DNA of 64,000 bases from Selaginella moellendorffii. Lineage: Eukaryota; Plantae; Lycopodiophyta. The DNA lies in the NCBI RefSeq assembly GCF_000143415.4, contig NW_003314412.1:186494-250493 (forward strand), in the 5' to 3' direction. How positions within the stretch are numbered: the first letter of the stretch is position 1; the number at the start of each line of letters is the position of its first letter. The notes under the pieces were generated by a model that was given only the letters and a program-made list of their open reading frames with translations, was not told the DNA's origin and did no database searches. Below are positions 52,540 to 64,000 of the stretch, in pieces. The position numbers and the translations under genes were made by a program.

Positions 52540-53350
52540 TTATAACTTTTTGCCTTCAGTATAGTATGCTTGGAAAAACTTGAATATTTTGGACCTCCTT
52601 GAATACTTATACAACAGCCTCAACTGTTTTAATTTGACTAGAGAATTTGGGGAAATTATAATAGTTTCAGGAGGATCAACATTAATATATGAAATCATAT
52701 ACCTCCCGACTAGCAAAACCAAAATTCATGTCATTGTGAAATACATATTTCTTCATTACTTCCATATTGCTACACCACAATTAGTGATACCCCAATTTGG
52801 AAAGTTCACACACACATATGATAGAGTATTTTGAGAATTTATTGTTCAATTGAAGATGGAAGGACAATGAGTGTAGATACTTATACCATACATGACTCCA
52901 AAATACAAACAATCTTCCAACTATTGATGTTGTGTGCAAAGCTTTTGATTAATATTTTGTATAGTTTTTTATTTTGATTTCTAATGAGATTTAATATAAA
53001 ATTTAACTCCTATATTTTAAATTGCATAGATAAAACTTTCTCTTTTTATGGTGTAGTATTATGTATGCTACCAATATCCAAATGAGAATTATCTCCAATC
53101 TTTAAATAGGTTTTATACTGTATACATGGTCATTTCCCATGGTCGCACAGAATTATGGGGCACCAAAACTGAAAACAAAGGTGATGGTTTCTATCTTCAA
53201 ATGCAGAAAGATTGTAACCTAGTGATATATGATGAAAATGGAAACACATATAAATAATTATTAGACAAATAAGTGGCTTCCTTGTGCTTTTTGTATCGAT
53301 GATGATGGATTTGCTGCAGTTTATAACACTCAAGAGCAAGCTCGTATATG
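52540..53350. pseudogene. Fragmented copy of the lectin-fusion gene (pieces on both strands)
   Basis: ~52545-52830 (minus) and ~52850-52880, ~53085-53340 (plus) match parts of 50016-50900. Confidence 0.75.
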
Positions 53351-53654
53351 AAAATCATCTCAATATAATGTGTTTAGTTTTCTAATTTGATTTCTAGTAA
53401 AAGAAAAGGAACAAAGAGGAACAAAGGTGAATCTTTTCTTCCACAGTCCATGGCCGGCTTAACTCGAAAATTTTAGGGCGGCGAGCGCCACATGGAGAGC
53501 GTGTCGGCCGATTCCTTTCTCTCTCGCGCTATTTACAATTTAAAAGAACTGCAACGCCAAAGAGGAAGGAACAAAGAAGTTTGGTTGGCCGCGCGATCTA
53601 AAAGAAACAAGGTAGAGCGCGTAGCAATAGTTTCATTCGATCTCTTTTGGTCAG

Positions 53655-54518
53655 ATGGTGAATCCAGTGGCATATGCAAATTCTCGGGGAGCAATTGATA
53701 GAATGGATCTCCTCCACAACCGCAATGAAAATTCGCTCTCCACCGACGCTGATTCCGCCAGCAGCAGCAACGGCGGCGGCGCCCCGAAGATCGCCAAGAA
53801 GATCGATCGTTTCTTGGACAGAAGCAAGAAATCTTTGGTGAGTTCCTTCAAGGATCTGGGCTACCTCCACCAAATCGACGAAGAAGAGGGCGATCGTCAC
53901 CACGTCCCCTTTCAATCGATCACCAGAGGCAAAAACGGGGGCATGAAAGAATGCCTTGCGTGCCTGGGAATGGCCGCGGCCCTCACGGTCGTCATGGCTG
54001 GGATGTTTGGGATCATCCTGCTGCTCGCATTCCACCCAAAATCGCCCACCGTCTCGATCGATCGCGTCTCTAACGGCACACTCTTCCTCTTCGCCGAGTC
54101 CACCACCATCCTCGTCGCGCGACTCAACCTCACGCTCCTCGCCAAGAACCCAAACGCCAACGCAGAGATGAGATTCGAACCCTCGTCGCTGGGGCTTTGG
54201 TTTGGGGATCGAAACCTGGGCCGGTTCCAGGTGCGAGCGTTCACACAGCCGGCAAGGATGGGAAGTACGCCCTTTCTTGCGGTCATAGATTCTACCACCA
54301 ATCTCACCGGGAGTGGAGTGGAGCAAAAGATAAGGGCGGAGTTTCGGCAACAAAATGCCACGTTTGGGCTCTTGGGGTATCTGCGCGTCCAGAGAAGGGT
54401 GGCAAGTGTGGTGCCTTCCAATGCAGTTGTAAATGTCAACTGTAGCATGAGTTTTAGTCCGAGTTTTCCACCAGTAATCCTTGCAAAAGTTTGCTTGGGC
54501 GGAGCAGCTGAGTGGTAA
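53655..54518 (+). CDS. LEA_2 / NDR1-HIN1-like membrane protein
   Basis: Single TM followed by FHPKSP.VS..V; LLAKNPN..MRF; F.QP; terminal VNC...C. Confidence 0.8.
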   Translation: MVNPVAYANSRGAIDRMDLLHNRNENSLSTDADSASSSNGGGAPKIAKKIDRFLDRSKKSLVSSFKDLGYLHQIDEEEGDRHHVPFQSITRGKNGGMKECLACLGMAAALTVVMAGMFGIILLLAFHPKSPTVSIDRVSNGTLFLFAESTTILVARLNLTLLAKNPNANAEMRFEPSSLGLWFGDRNLGRFQVRAFTQPARMGSTPFLAVIDSTTNLTGSGVEQKIRAEFRQQNATFGLLGYLRVQRRVASVVPSNAVVNVNCSMSFSPSFPPVILAKVCLGGAAEW

Positions 54519-54881
54519 AAGTGAAATTCCAATTTTGTTTTATGTTGTTTTAACAGTTTACCACTATTATACAGTCAAAGGTTATGGAAACATTGGCTGC
54601 TATTGCCTAAACGTTTAATTATGAAGAGAATGTTATAGAGTGAGCTTTTTCTAACGATGGAAAAATAGAGAAATGTAGTGATAATGATAATATATTTCAT
54701 ATAAATTACCAAGTGGTAATGGATATATCTAGTAGATTCTTGGATATTCAAGGATATTTTACCATCTAACAGTTGTTATTGATCATATATTTATAATTTT
54801 TAAATTTGTTTATGTGAGTGTTTAGGATATAGGAATAAGTATATTAATTAAGGTTTAAACCAGATTAAGTCCCAATTCATA

Positions 54882-57115
54882 TGCTATAGTATTATAATTA
54901 GTGTATTACCTAGGCAAGGTAATACATGTATATACATATATATTCTTACAAATTTTACACCATCCTTCCCTTTGGAAGATGAAAATGTGATGACAATAAA
55001 TTAAGTAAAACATTTAGAGCTTCTGTTGAACGATTACAAACTACTGTAAGAATCTGAAACTCCCACAAAACTATTAACAAAATTGTTAATAACCATGACT
55101 AAAGAGTCCTAGCATAATCATCAGTCAACTTTGGAATCCTAATGAACCGATTGTAACTCTATATGCAATTGCCAAATGCTTAAATCAACATTGAAACCAT
55201 AATTTTGAACCAAAGTAAAGGAGTTCAAGAGCCATTAAGGTCTATATAGCACCATTGTAGTAAATAATATATCCTATTTCCAAATTTGTCTGTTGATAAT
55301 TTTTTAAGACCATTATTAACTCAAATTCACAACCATAAATAAAACTTGCCTCTTCATCTTTATTTAGCATTGTATATAAGAAATCTAACTCACTCCATTT
55401 ATTTTCTATATCCTCTTTACCCCTTCCTTGAAAGAATTTTTTTTTAAAGCACCAGGTTCATTTAAACTTGATGTGTTTATCCTTATTTTACCATCTATGT
55501 TTAGCTTCACTCCACTATTATATCCATTTGGCTTCACTACGTTAGGGCTAAATGTTTTGTTCATACTTATTATGTTTATCCTCACTTTACAATCCATATT
55601 ATTTGTCCTCACTCCACTACTATATTTTGCTTGTCCTTACTCCGGACTCTTGTCTATGCCTTCTACCCCCTCTTCTGAAGAAAAAAAAGTTTGAAATGTT
55701 GGGGCAAAAAAGAAAAAATGAGAAAAATTAAGGAAAAACAATTATAGAAGAAGAAACCGTGGATAAAGAAGCATCAAAAGAGGAATTTAGAGTAGCTGGC
55801 AATGCAGAAATGGGGAAATCAAAAGAAAAACATGTGCTCAAAGCTTGAATAATAGGGGACTTTCTATTATAAAATACTTCAATTACCACAATATAAGTAA
55901 AAGATTCACACCGTTCAACCTTCTTAACATATAACTTAACATTTGAGATGGGAAAATCAATAAAAATGTCTATACTCTCAAAGGAACATATAAACTCCTC
56001 AACAATAACGATAAAACAAAGGCTTTCAATGGCATTTACAATTAAAAATATATACTCAACCTAAAACTCTGGCCAAAGTGATTCAATCCGTGAAACAGAT
56101 TAAAGACTTTACTAATAAAACAAAAGCAAGATTCTCAACTTCATGCATATATGCAACATTTAAATTCATATGAAGAGGACATAAAACACTTACTCAACAC
56201 TGGATTGAGAATGAGAATTATAAAAATCACAAATAATTAATATACCAAGAGAAGAAAACATTGCAAATGAGGAAGAAATATTAGAAATATGATAAAGTGC
56301 CTCATATTAACAAATAAGAAAAGGTTAAGAAAAAGCATAAGGTAAAGAGAAAAGATTAAATGACAGATTGAAAGATTGACATCTACCCCATGAAATTTCC
56401 ATTTCATTTCCAAAGTTATCTTTATAATAATCAAGTTTGTTAAAATGATTTAGAATCTACTTGAGCTTATATATATATCATCTTCTCATAAACTCGATCC
56501 TTGAACATTTTCTAAGAACTGGATTGTATCATCCATAGTTCACCAATCAATGTCACAATCATGCTCCATAACCATGTTCCACTCCATCATCAATCAAGGA
56601 ATATGTCACTTGAAGCTACTAATGCTACTTTGTTAGATTGAACATTTAGTGCTGTGGGGTGTGCTTATATTGGTGCTATGCCCATCCTTGGTGTATCACT
56701 ATTTCCAACTTCTACAAGACATGATTACATAGCTTATCCTGTTCTTAGTGTTTTGCTATCTCTCGTAGAAGAAGAGAATATAATGAAGACTAGAAGAGAA
56801 AGTAAATCTAAACTCAACTATAGCTAGAGTTCTAGATCTTACAAAAAGCTAATATAAATCTAAATTTAAAAGAGAATGAAAAAATAAGAATAAAAAACAT
56901 GATCCCAAACACTAAAGCAAAGCACTACCAAAAAGCTTTGCCCTTCAAAGACAAATTGCAAAGCCCCTCAAATGTATTAATTAGGGTTTAAACCCTTGTT
57001 TATACACAAAAATGGATGGACTAGATTAAATCTCAAATGGACAGTCTATCTGTTAAAGTATTATAGTTAATGTATTACCTAGGCAGTATACATATATAAT
57101 CTTATAAACCTTACA
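54882..57115 (-). mobile_element. Possible old LTR-element remnant with short terminal direct repeats
   Basis: TG..GTATTAT..TGTATTACCTAGGCA..CATATATA..TTACA at ~54882-54958 and ~57051-57115; PPT-like tract after the left copy; no TSD found. Confidence 0.4.
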
Positions 57116-57609
57116 TTTGCATTACTTATTAATAATTAGAAATCAAATTAGTGTATGTAAGAAAAATGTTCAAATGCAAAGTGTGTTGCTGAAGATGTAA
57201 CAGCATTCCAGACAGTAAACTCTAACTTCTGCTTGGTGTTTCATTTCATTTTATGTTTACAGATCTGCTCTTCTTTCAATAAAACTTTTAATTTTTGAGC
57301 TAGAATTTCTTAGTGCTAAGCATGACTAACAAGACAAAGAAAATATAGAGAAAGAAAAAGAGGAGAAACAATATTTCCACTCTATACAATTATTATTAAA
57401 CCTTTGTTACAAATGAATTAGTAAAATTTTCAGAGATTCTCTACAAACTAAACTAATCACAGATGATAAATTACAGTTAAGATATAAATTTACAAATAAA
57501 TCAACAATATTATAAACATTTTTAAACATACTTAAAAACTAGAGATTTTATTCCTTGGGATTTAATTACAGGTGGGTTTCTTTTGAATCTAATCTGGAAA
57601 AACCAAAGA

Positions 57610-58447
57610 TTAACTGTCTGACCTCCATATAAAAACATGTTCCTGAGTGTTATAAACTGCAACAAATCCGTCATCATCTATACAAAATACACAAGGAAGC
57701 CATTTATTTGTCCATTAAATATTATATGTCCATATCACGTTTCCATGCTCATCATATATTACTAGATTACAATTTTTTTGTATTATTTAAAGGTCAATCA
57801 TCCCTTTTTTTTTGAGTTTTGGTGCCCCATACTTCTGCGGACCGTGGTAAATGACTAGTCTGCAATCATGGTGCATGTGTACGGTATAAAATATATTTAA
57901 AGATTGGAGAAAATTCCCAGAAGTAAGCTTAGAAAAACTTGTATATTTTGGACCTCCTCGAATACAGGTTTTGTATAAGTCACAATCGTATTCTAAAACC
58001 TCAACTCCTTTAATTTGATTAGAGAAATTTTATGAAATTATAAAGATTATCGGGAGGATCATTAATAACATAGGAGATCATATACCTCTCAACTGTATAA
58101 CTAGCAAAACCATAAGTAACTTCATCACGAAATACATATTTCTTCATTATTTCCATTAGTTCGATTGATATTGGTAGAGCACTATTTGAAAAAACCCAAT
58201 TTGGAAAAATATTACACATATCAATATAATACCATGGTTTATTCTCAGAATTTAAACACTCATTATCCTTCCATCTTCAAGTGGTATTAGACTGCCATAT
58301 GAAAATCCTGCATAGTTTTATAATTTCTTCCATTATAACTTCTTGCCTTAAAATTACAGTAACTGCATTTTCATATTCGTAAATCACTCTAATGCTAAAA
58401 GTTAAATTTATAAATAATAATGCGAAATTGAATATTCTAACATGCAT
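57610..58447 (-). pseudogene. Near full-length frameshifted paralog of the lectin-fusion gene
   Basis: MHVRIFNFALLFINL..; MCNIFPNW.F..MKKYV..VTYG..RYMISYVI; lectin 3' end ..WRSDS*. Confidence 0.8.
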
Positions 58448-58674
58448 GTTTGAACTTTCTTTATAGTACAATAAACAACTTAGAAACAAAAATAATTTTC
58501 CTCCACATTAAATAGTAAGATTCGAAGATCCATCTGATATTTAAAAAATGAAGTCCCGTGGACTATTAAGAAAAAAAATGTAAAAATAAAAAAGGAGTAA
58601 AAAAGGAAAGTATTAAAACTTCGTCAAAATTGTACTTTGGTTTCACTAAAAACTTCAGGAACCAAAACTTGTGA

Positions 58675-60110
58675 TCAGGTTGGATGGATTATACAAATTC
58701 TTGGCAGGAGCTCACACACGTCCATCTAGAACTTCAAAAACACCAGCAAGATGGAATTGTGAATCCCGAGTTTCTGGAGGAGATTTCACCAAGAAAACAG
58801 TCAAGTTTGACAGGGGTTCCCAGTTCAATGGAGCAGAGGAATGCTCTTCTCACCTCTGACCAAGACCTCTTTGAGAGTCAACTCAGACTGGTGAATTTTT
58901 AGGTCACCCCTGGCACGCTGGACTTTGGGCAGTCCAAGATGGGAAACATTAAGAGGTGTGTAATGTAGCAAACAGCGACTCATATTCACAGTAAGTTTGA
59001 TTGCTTGAAAACTAAAATTGTATTATGAATTTAAATTGATTCAGAATCTTCTGGACTATTCTAGAATGTCATGGCTCTGTGAGCGATCTCTTGACCAATA
59101 GCAAGTCACAAATTTCTTCTTCGTCTTCCAAGTTCCATACAACAGCGCTGGACGGCTCGTTGCCACCAGCTGAAGATGCTGTTGCCATTGCCACCATAGA
59201 AATGCAAAGCCTATCCTCTAGAAGATCTTGTGTTTAAAATCTGTGTTCTGGATATATTTTGACAGGGAGCCATGTCCTTGTAGAGCGGTGGCAAAAGACC
59301 CCAAAACATATTATGAACATATGAAGCCCGTGAATCCAAAATCCTGGAGAGTTTTCCTTGTCTCTATCTAGATCAAGCTTGACCAACAAATGAAAATGGA
59401 AATGGCAAAATTGGAACTTCGTCAAGCTTACAGTAAGTCATTTCTGGATGTGTCCTCTATACTTTGAGTAGATCCCCTACATGCCTACTGCACCGGCCTC
59501 CCATCTATACGATCATATGATCATTCGAGAGGAAAAGTTCACATGTTTTCAAAATTGACACAAAGAGATGCTAACTTTGATTGTCGAATCCCGTTCTAAC
59601 CATTAAGAATCATTTGAAAGTTTCAAAGTATTGAAAATTTCAAAGTGGCAGCAATGACAATTGTATCGGCACATGACACCACTCCAGGGCAGGCTTTCTC
59701 CAATCTTCTCTGTGGAATCCCGAGCTAAATTGTTGTTTGGAAGGGAGAACTTCTCGACGTTGGTACCATCTGTTGGAGTTCGATTATCGTAGATAGCGTT
59801 CTTGGATTTGTGATAAACTCACAACGCCTTCTGAGAGAGACGTTAACGAAGGAGTCGTGAAAGTGCAAGCGTATCAGTCCCGTTGGATCGCGATTGGCAT
59901 AATCACTGATCATGTCGCGGATGATCCGCTCCGCATTGGGAGAAGTTTGTGCGTAGCTGTGTCCAAATCCAATTGGGTGTGACAAAGCTCCCTTGAAGCT
60001 GAGCGAGAGAAAAATGATCAAGAATCAATTGCTCTAAAGTGTGGAAGCCATGAAAGTAGCTCTATAGAAAGAATAACTTCACGGTCAACAAATCTTTGCT
60101 TGTTATGGGC
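58675..60110. pseudogene. Scrambled fragments of peroxidase, sHSP 5' region and Ole e 1 gene
   Basis: Peroxidase 3' part (+, ~58675-59000), HSE/sHSP 5' pieces (~59040-59215, partly inverted), Ole e 1 piece (~59320-59450), peroxidase 5' part (minus, ~59510-60110). Confidence 0.8.
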
Positions 60111-60492
60111 AATATGACCTTTATAATGTCCACACCGCCGTCGGTGTAGCTGCTAGCTGCCCATGTAGGGTCCGGGCATTGTTTCCGGGAGGGTCTTGCA
60201 CTCCGACGCTCCAGAGCCTCTTATACGATGAAGACATGCATGATTTCGGGGCAGCTATCAGTTGGTGTGTTTTGGTATTCCCTGCTCTGTATCTTAGTAG
60301 TTTGTCGCGCCATGCAATTCGTCTGGATTGATCTCCTCCGTGTACAAGTGGTACTTGGTGTTGGTTTAAGTAGTGTGCATTGCATCCAGAATTTTTTAAT
60401 ATGAAGCAGGACTAAGTTTATAAGTCTATTGAAGTTATATTCATCATCATCATCATCATCATCCCGAGGGAGAGAACAACAGCTGGTATATA

Positions 60493-62362
60493 TCATAGAA
60501 TGGGGTTGACCACTGCACTGGGCTGAGGTTGTGACGACGCACCCGATCGCATCCGTCCTCTCTCCGAGTGAGAGTTCTCTGCAAACTTGAGTGCTGTGAG
60601 GTGCATCCCTTTGGCCTTCTCCTCCTCGCTCCACTCGGCGAGATAGTACGCCTCCTCGGTGGCTCCAGGATCGCTCGACGCCCTGCAAAGCATCCCTCCC
60701 CACTGCGGGAAGTAGACACCCAGCAGCGCTAGCGAGCATCCCACGCTCATGGCGCCCATGAGACTAAACCCGGCCTCGAACGAGAAGGTCTCGTTGGTGA
60801 AGAAGATGAGCTGCGTCACCACTCCGCCCAGGTTGCCGCCACCCCCCGTGAGGCCCGCGAGAACTCCCAGCGATCGTCTCGACACGAACGGGACGATCCC
60901 AAACGTCGCACCGCACGCCGCCTGGAGGAAGATCGAGAAGAGGATGACGATGCCTATGGCAGTCCCGAGGGTGTTCATGAAGCCCAGCAGCACACACATG
61001 AGTCCCCCGACTGTCTGGAAGAGGAAGAGGATCCAGAGGCGGCCGCGCATGCCGTAGGAGCGCGCGATCACGTCCGAGAGGATGCCGCCCATGGGGCGGG
61101 AGATGAAGTTGGCGAGGCCGAAGATGGAGGCGACGATGCCGGCGGTGCCAAGGTGGAGGCCGAACTCGTCGTAGAAGTACTCGGCGATGTTGTTAAAGAC
61201 AGTGAGCTCCACGCCAAAGCTGTAGCCATAGACGAAGGCAAAGAGCCAGGTGCGATAGTTCTTGGCTGCGTTGCGAAGCACCTGTAGAAAAAGTAAGAAA
61301 ATTAGTACAAGGAAGAGCAAAGTCAAGATGCCCAAGAGCAAAAGTAAAAAAAACGTGAAAGCATCTCTACATGATCGAATGCATTTTTCTACGCTACAAA
61401 ACTTATCTAGAAACATTTTTTTTCCTAGATCAGAGCAGAGCAGTGACGCCCATGGACAGAGCTTTTCTCTGCTCTACAAAATCTCAAAGCCAAAACAGAG
61501 TTAGCGGCAAGCAAGAGTCGAGATCCAGAGAGACTAGCTTACGTACCTTGCCAAAGCTGTCCTTGGTTTTGTGGCCCTGCTCCTTGAGATCGCGATAGTT
61601 CCCATCCGGCAGATCCTGGCCCAGGATCAGCACCGCCAGCCCCATGAACACATGCATGAGCCCCGGCACATAGAAGGCGATCCTCCAGGCCGTGAAATCG
61701 TTGGCTCCAAACTTGAGGATGAGCTGGTAGAGCAGCGGCATGAGGAGCTGCGTGACTCCGCCCCCAAAATCCCCCCAGCCTCCGGTGAATCCATTCGCCA
61801 TGCCCACGATCTTGGTGTTGAACATGGTGCTCATCCAGAACTGGCACGAGACGAAGGTGGCGAGCGAGAATCCGATGCAAAACCTCACGATGATGAATCC
61901 GGTGGGATCGGAGACGAGCGGCATGCAGAAGACCGGCGGGGCGGTGATCATGATGAGGATGGCGCAGCCGTAGCGCGGGCCGACGAGATCGCACACCGGG
62001 CCCATGAGGAAGCGCGAGAGGATGGAGCCGGAGATGGAGGCGATGGAGGCGCGGCCGACGTCGAGCTTGGTGAGGTCGAGGTTGTCGCGGATCACCGGGA
62101 TGAGCGGCGGCGCCGCGAAGGTGGAGGTGAAGCAAGTGAAGAAGGCGATCCACGAGAGGTGGAAGCTTCTCATGTGGGGCTGCGCGAAGGAGAAGAGATC
62201 GAGCTTCTTGGCCTTGTGCTCGGAATCCACTGGGAGCCGGAAGTTGGGAGCCGGATTGCGATGCTGCTGCTGCGATGGAGATGGAGGCGGCGGCGAGAGA
62301 TCGATGTCGACGAATCGCTGCGGCATTTCGATGGCGCCGGAGGAATTCACTGGGGATGCCAT
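60493..62362 (-). CDS. NRT2: High-affinity nitrate transporter NRT2 (MFS), 2 exons
   Basis: [25 protein letters not shown]; [11 protein letters not shown]; [10 protein letters not shown]; [18 protein letters not shown]; FPQWGGM; intron 61282-61546. Confidence 0.96.
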
Positions 62363-63686
62363 GGACGACGATCTTGGCGACGATCGTGGATTTTTCGCGA
62401 TCTTGAGGCGTAATTGCAAGATTTGACAGAGAATTGCGCGGCTTGCCTGTGCGGATGGATCGATCTCTCTACGCCGATTCTCTGGCGGTGGCTCCCGGCA
62501 TTCGGGGAGCTTGGGACCCTCGGAAGAGAGGCAATGCTTCGCTCGCTCGCTCCCGAAAGAGGCGAGCTCTCGTTTCTTCCTTGCCTGTGATTCCTCTTCC
62601 CTCTTTAAAGAGCAAAACGAATCGCGCTACGTGGCGGCATCGCTGCCGTCCAGGTGGCAGCCCTCGCGAGCGTTGACATTGAGTCGGCGTGTGTACGGCC
62701 GACCTTGACTCTAACCCTTGTCGTGAGGCGCGATGTACGGGAAGGGGTACCCGCAAGTACACCAGCAAAAGAAATTTTCTTCCGCGATCCTCTCCAATGT
62801 TGGAGCTTCTTTGTAACTTCCAAGCTTTGGATTCTTTACATGAGGCCATGCCGGGTCCTCTAAAAATTTTTATTCAAGGTGGGGTGGCACAAAAGTGTGA
62901 TATTTGAATTTTTCCTGTGCTTGGATGAGAAATTCATCGTTGGGCTAGAATCTTGTCCTAGGCCCTACGGATAGTACAAACCACCAAAATTCTGAGATTT
63001 TATTTCCGGGGATCCGGATGCTTGAGAGATCTCCAAGAAAAACTTTCATACGCATGCTGTGTGAAGTCAAATGTGCAATCTGGCGAGGTCAAGTAGGTTG
63101 TGCGGTGGTTTTGTTTGCGCTTGTATCCAAGGAATCAAGTTCGCAAGAACTTTAATGGGTTTCGCCATGACCTACACCATATAGACGTTTTTGTGGAATT
63201 AAAAACAAGGCTATGCTGCGAGATCTGGAGGTCTCACCAGCAAAAGAAAGTTCCTTCCGCGTTCTCCTCCCAAACTATTCGCCTATATGCAAACAAACAG
63301 ACAAATTGCAAGGTTGACCTTCTGGGTTACTCCATGGATATTCTGGATCAAGGATATTCACATAAAGGTACGAAGATGCTTCATTAATAAAGGTTTCTTA
63401 ATCTGAATATTTTTGTCATTTATTTACGCCCTTATTAAAAACAATGTTTCATAATACGAGGGAAATGATCGTGAGGAAGCTTTTGGAAAGAAGAAATCTG
63501 TGTTTGGTACTACCTCTTTCTCACCCAAAATGCGGCTCATGCCAAGAGCGTCCACGACAGGATATGAGGAAATCCAGCATTCCCTCGTGCATGACTCCGA
63601 AAGCCGTGAAGCAAGATTGAGGAAAAACTGGGAGGCTTTTTTTTCCTTCTTTTTTTTTTTTTCTCTCGATCCTTTCCTCTCTTTCG

Positions 63687-63907
63687 ATGGGAGGAGGGAT
63701 CAAACCACTGCTGCTGCCGCTCCTGCTGCTGCTGCTACTGCTGTTGATTTGTTTGATCGCCACTCCAGCAGATGCTACGTGCGCACAAATGGAGAAGTAC
63801 TATCTGCTATCTCACGCTTGCGATTTCTACTTTGAGGGCTACTACAACTTTCCGCCCTCGCTGGAGCTGGCCGAGAACACGACATACCCTCTCACGGTGC
63901 TGGCCAG
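63687..63907 (+). CDS. First exon of an unidentified signal-peptide protein (runs off the window)
   Basis: MGGGIKPLLLPLLLLLLLLLICLIATPADA-TCAQMEKYY.. followed by an AG|GTACG donor. Confidence 0.55.
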
Positions 63908-64000
63908 GTACGATCGAAGATCTTCGATAGATTCACATAGTTTTAGTTTTTCCCACTATCTTTTGACAATAGATGAATCCTTCTTTTCTTTAAGTTTTGG

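Overview
Eukaryotic land-plant nuclear DNA. Dense genes, many ~50-70 bp GT-AG introns, telo-box promoters and PPR relics suggest a compact lycophyte genome such as Selaginella (inferred, not proven). 1-16.2 kb is an AT-rich repeat block with a decayed intron-containing beta-class amino-DNA-methyltransferase-like gene, a full-length degenerate chromodomain Ty3/Gypsy element (TSD GATAT, apparently self-priming) and nested direct and inverted repeats. At the block edge is an intact two-exon gene with Crinkler-like architecture (short header, PD-(D/E)xK nuclease fold, protein kinase), flanked by an Alfin-like gene and a rearranged partial copy of that gene. 18.6-41 kb holds conserved genes: Alfin-like, R3H/SUZ, B-box, PFK, RPS16, ARID-PHD, atypical bHLH, GWD, MND1, ERGIC and GNAT. 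41.7-60 kb is a dynamic cell-wall/defence block: three Ole e 1 proteins, PPR and peroxidase pseudogenes, a small HSP, a lectin-fusion family, a TRIM, an LEA2/NHL gene and a shattered duplicate of the block. The window ends with NRT2 and the first exon of a secreted protein. All calls come from manual motif reading; no database searches were run.
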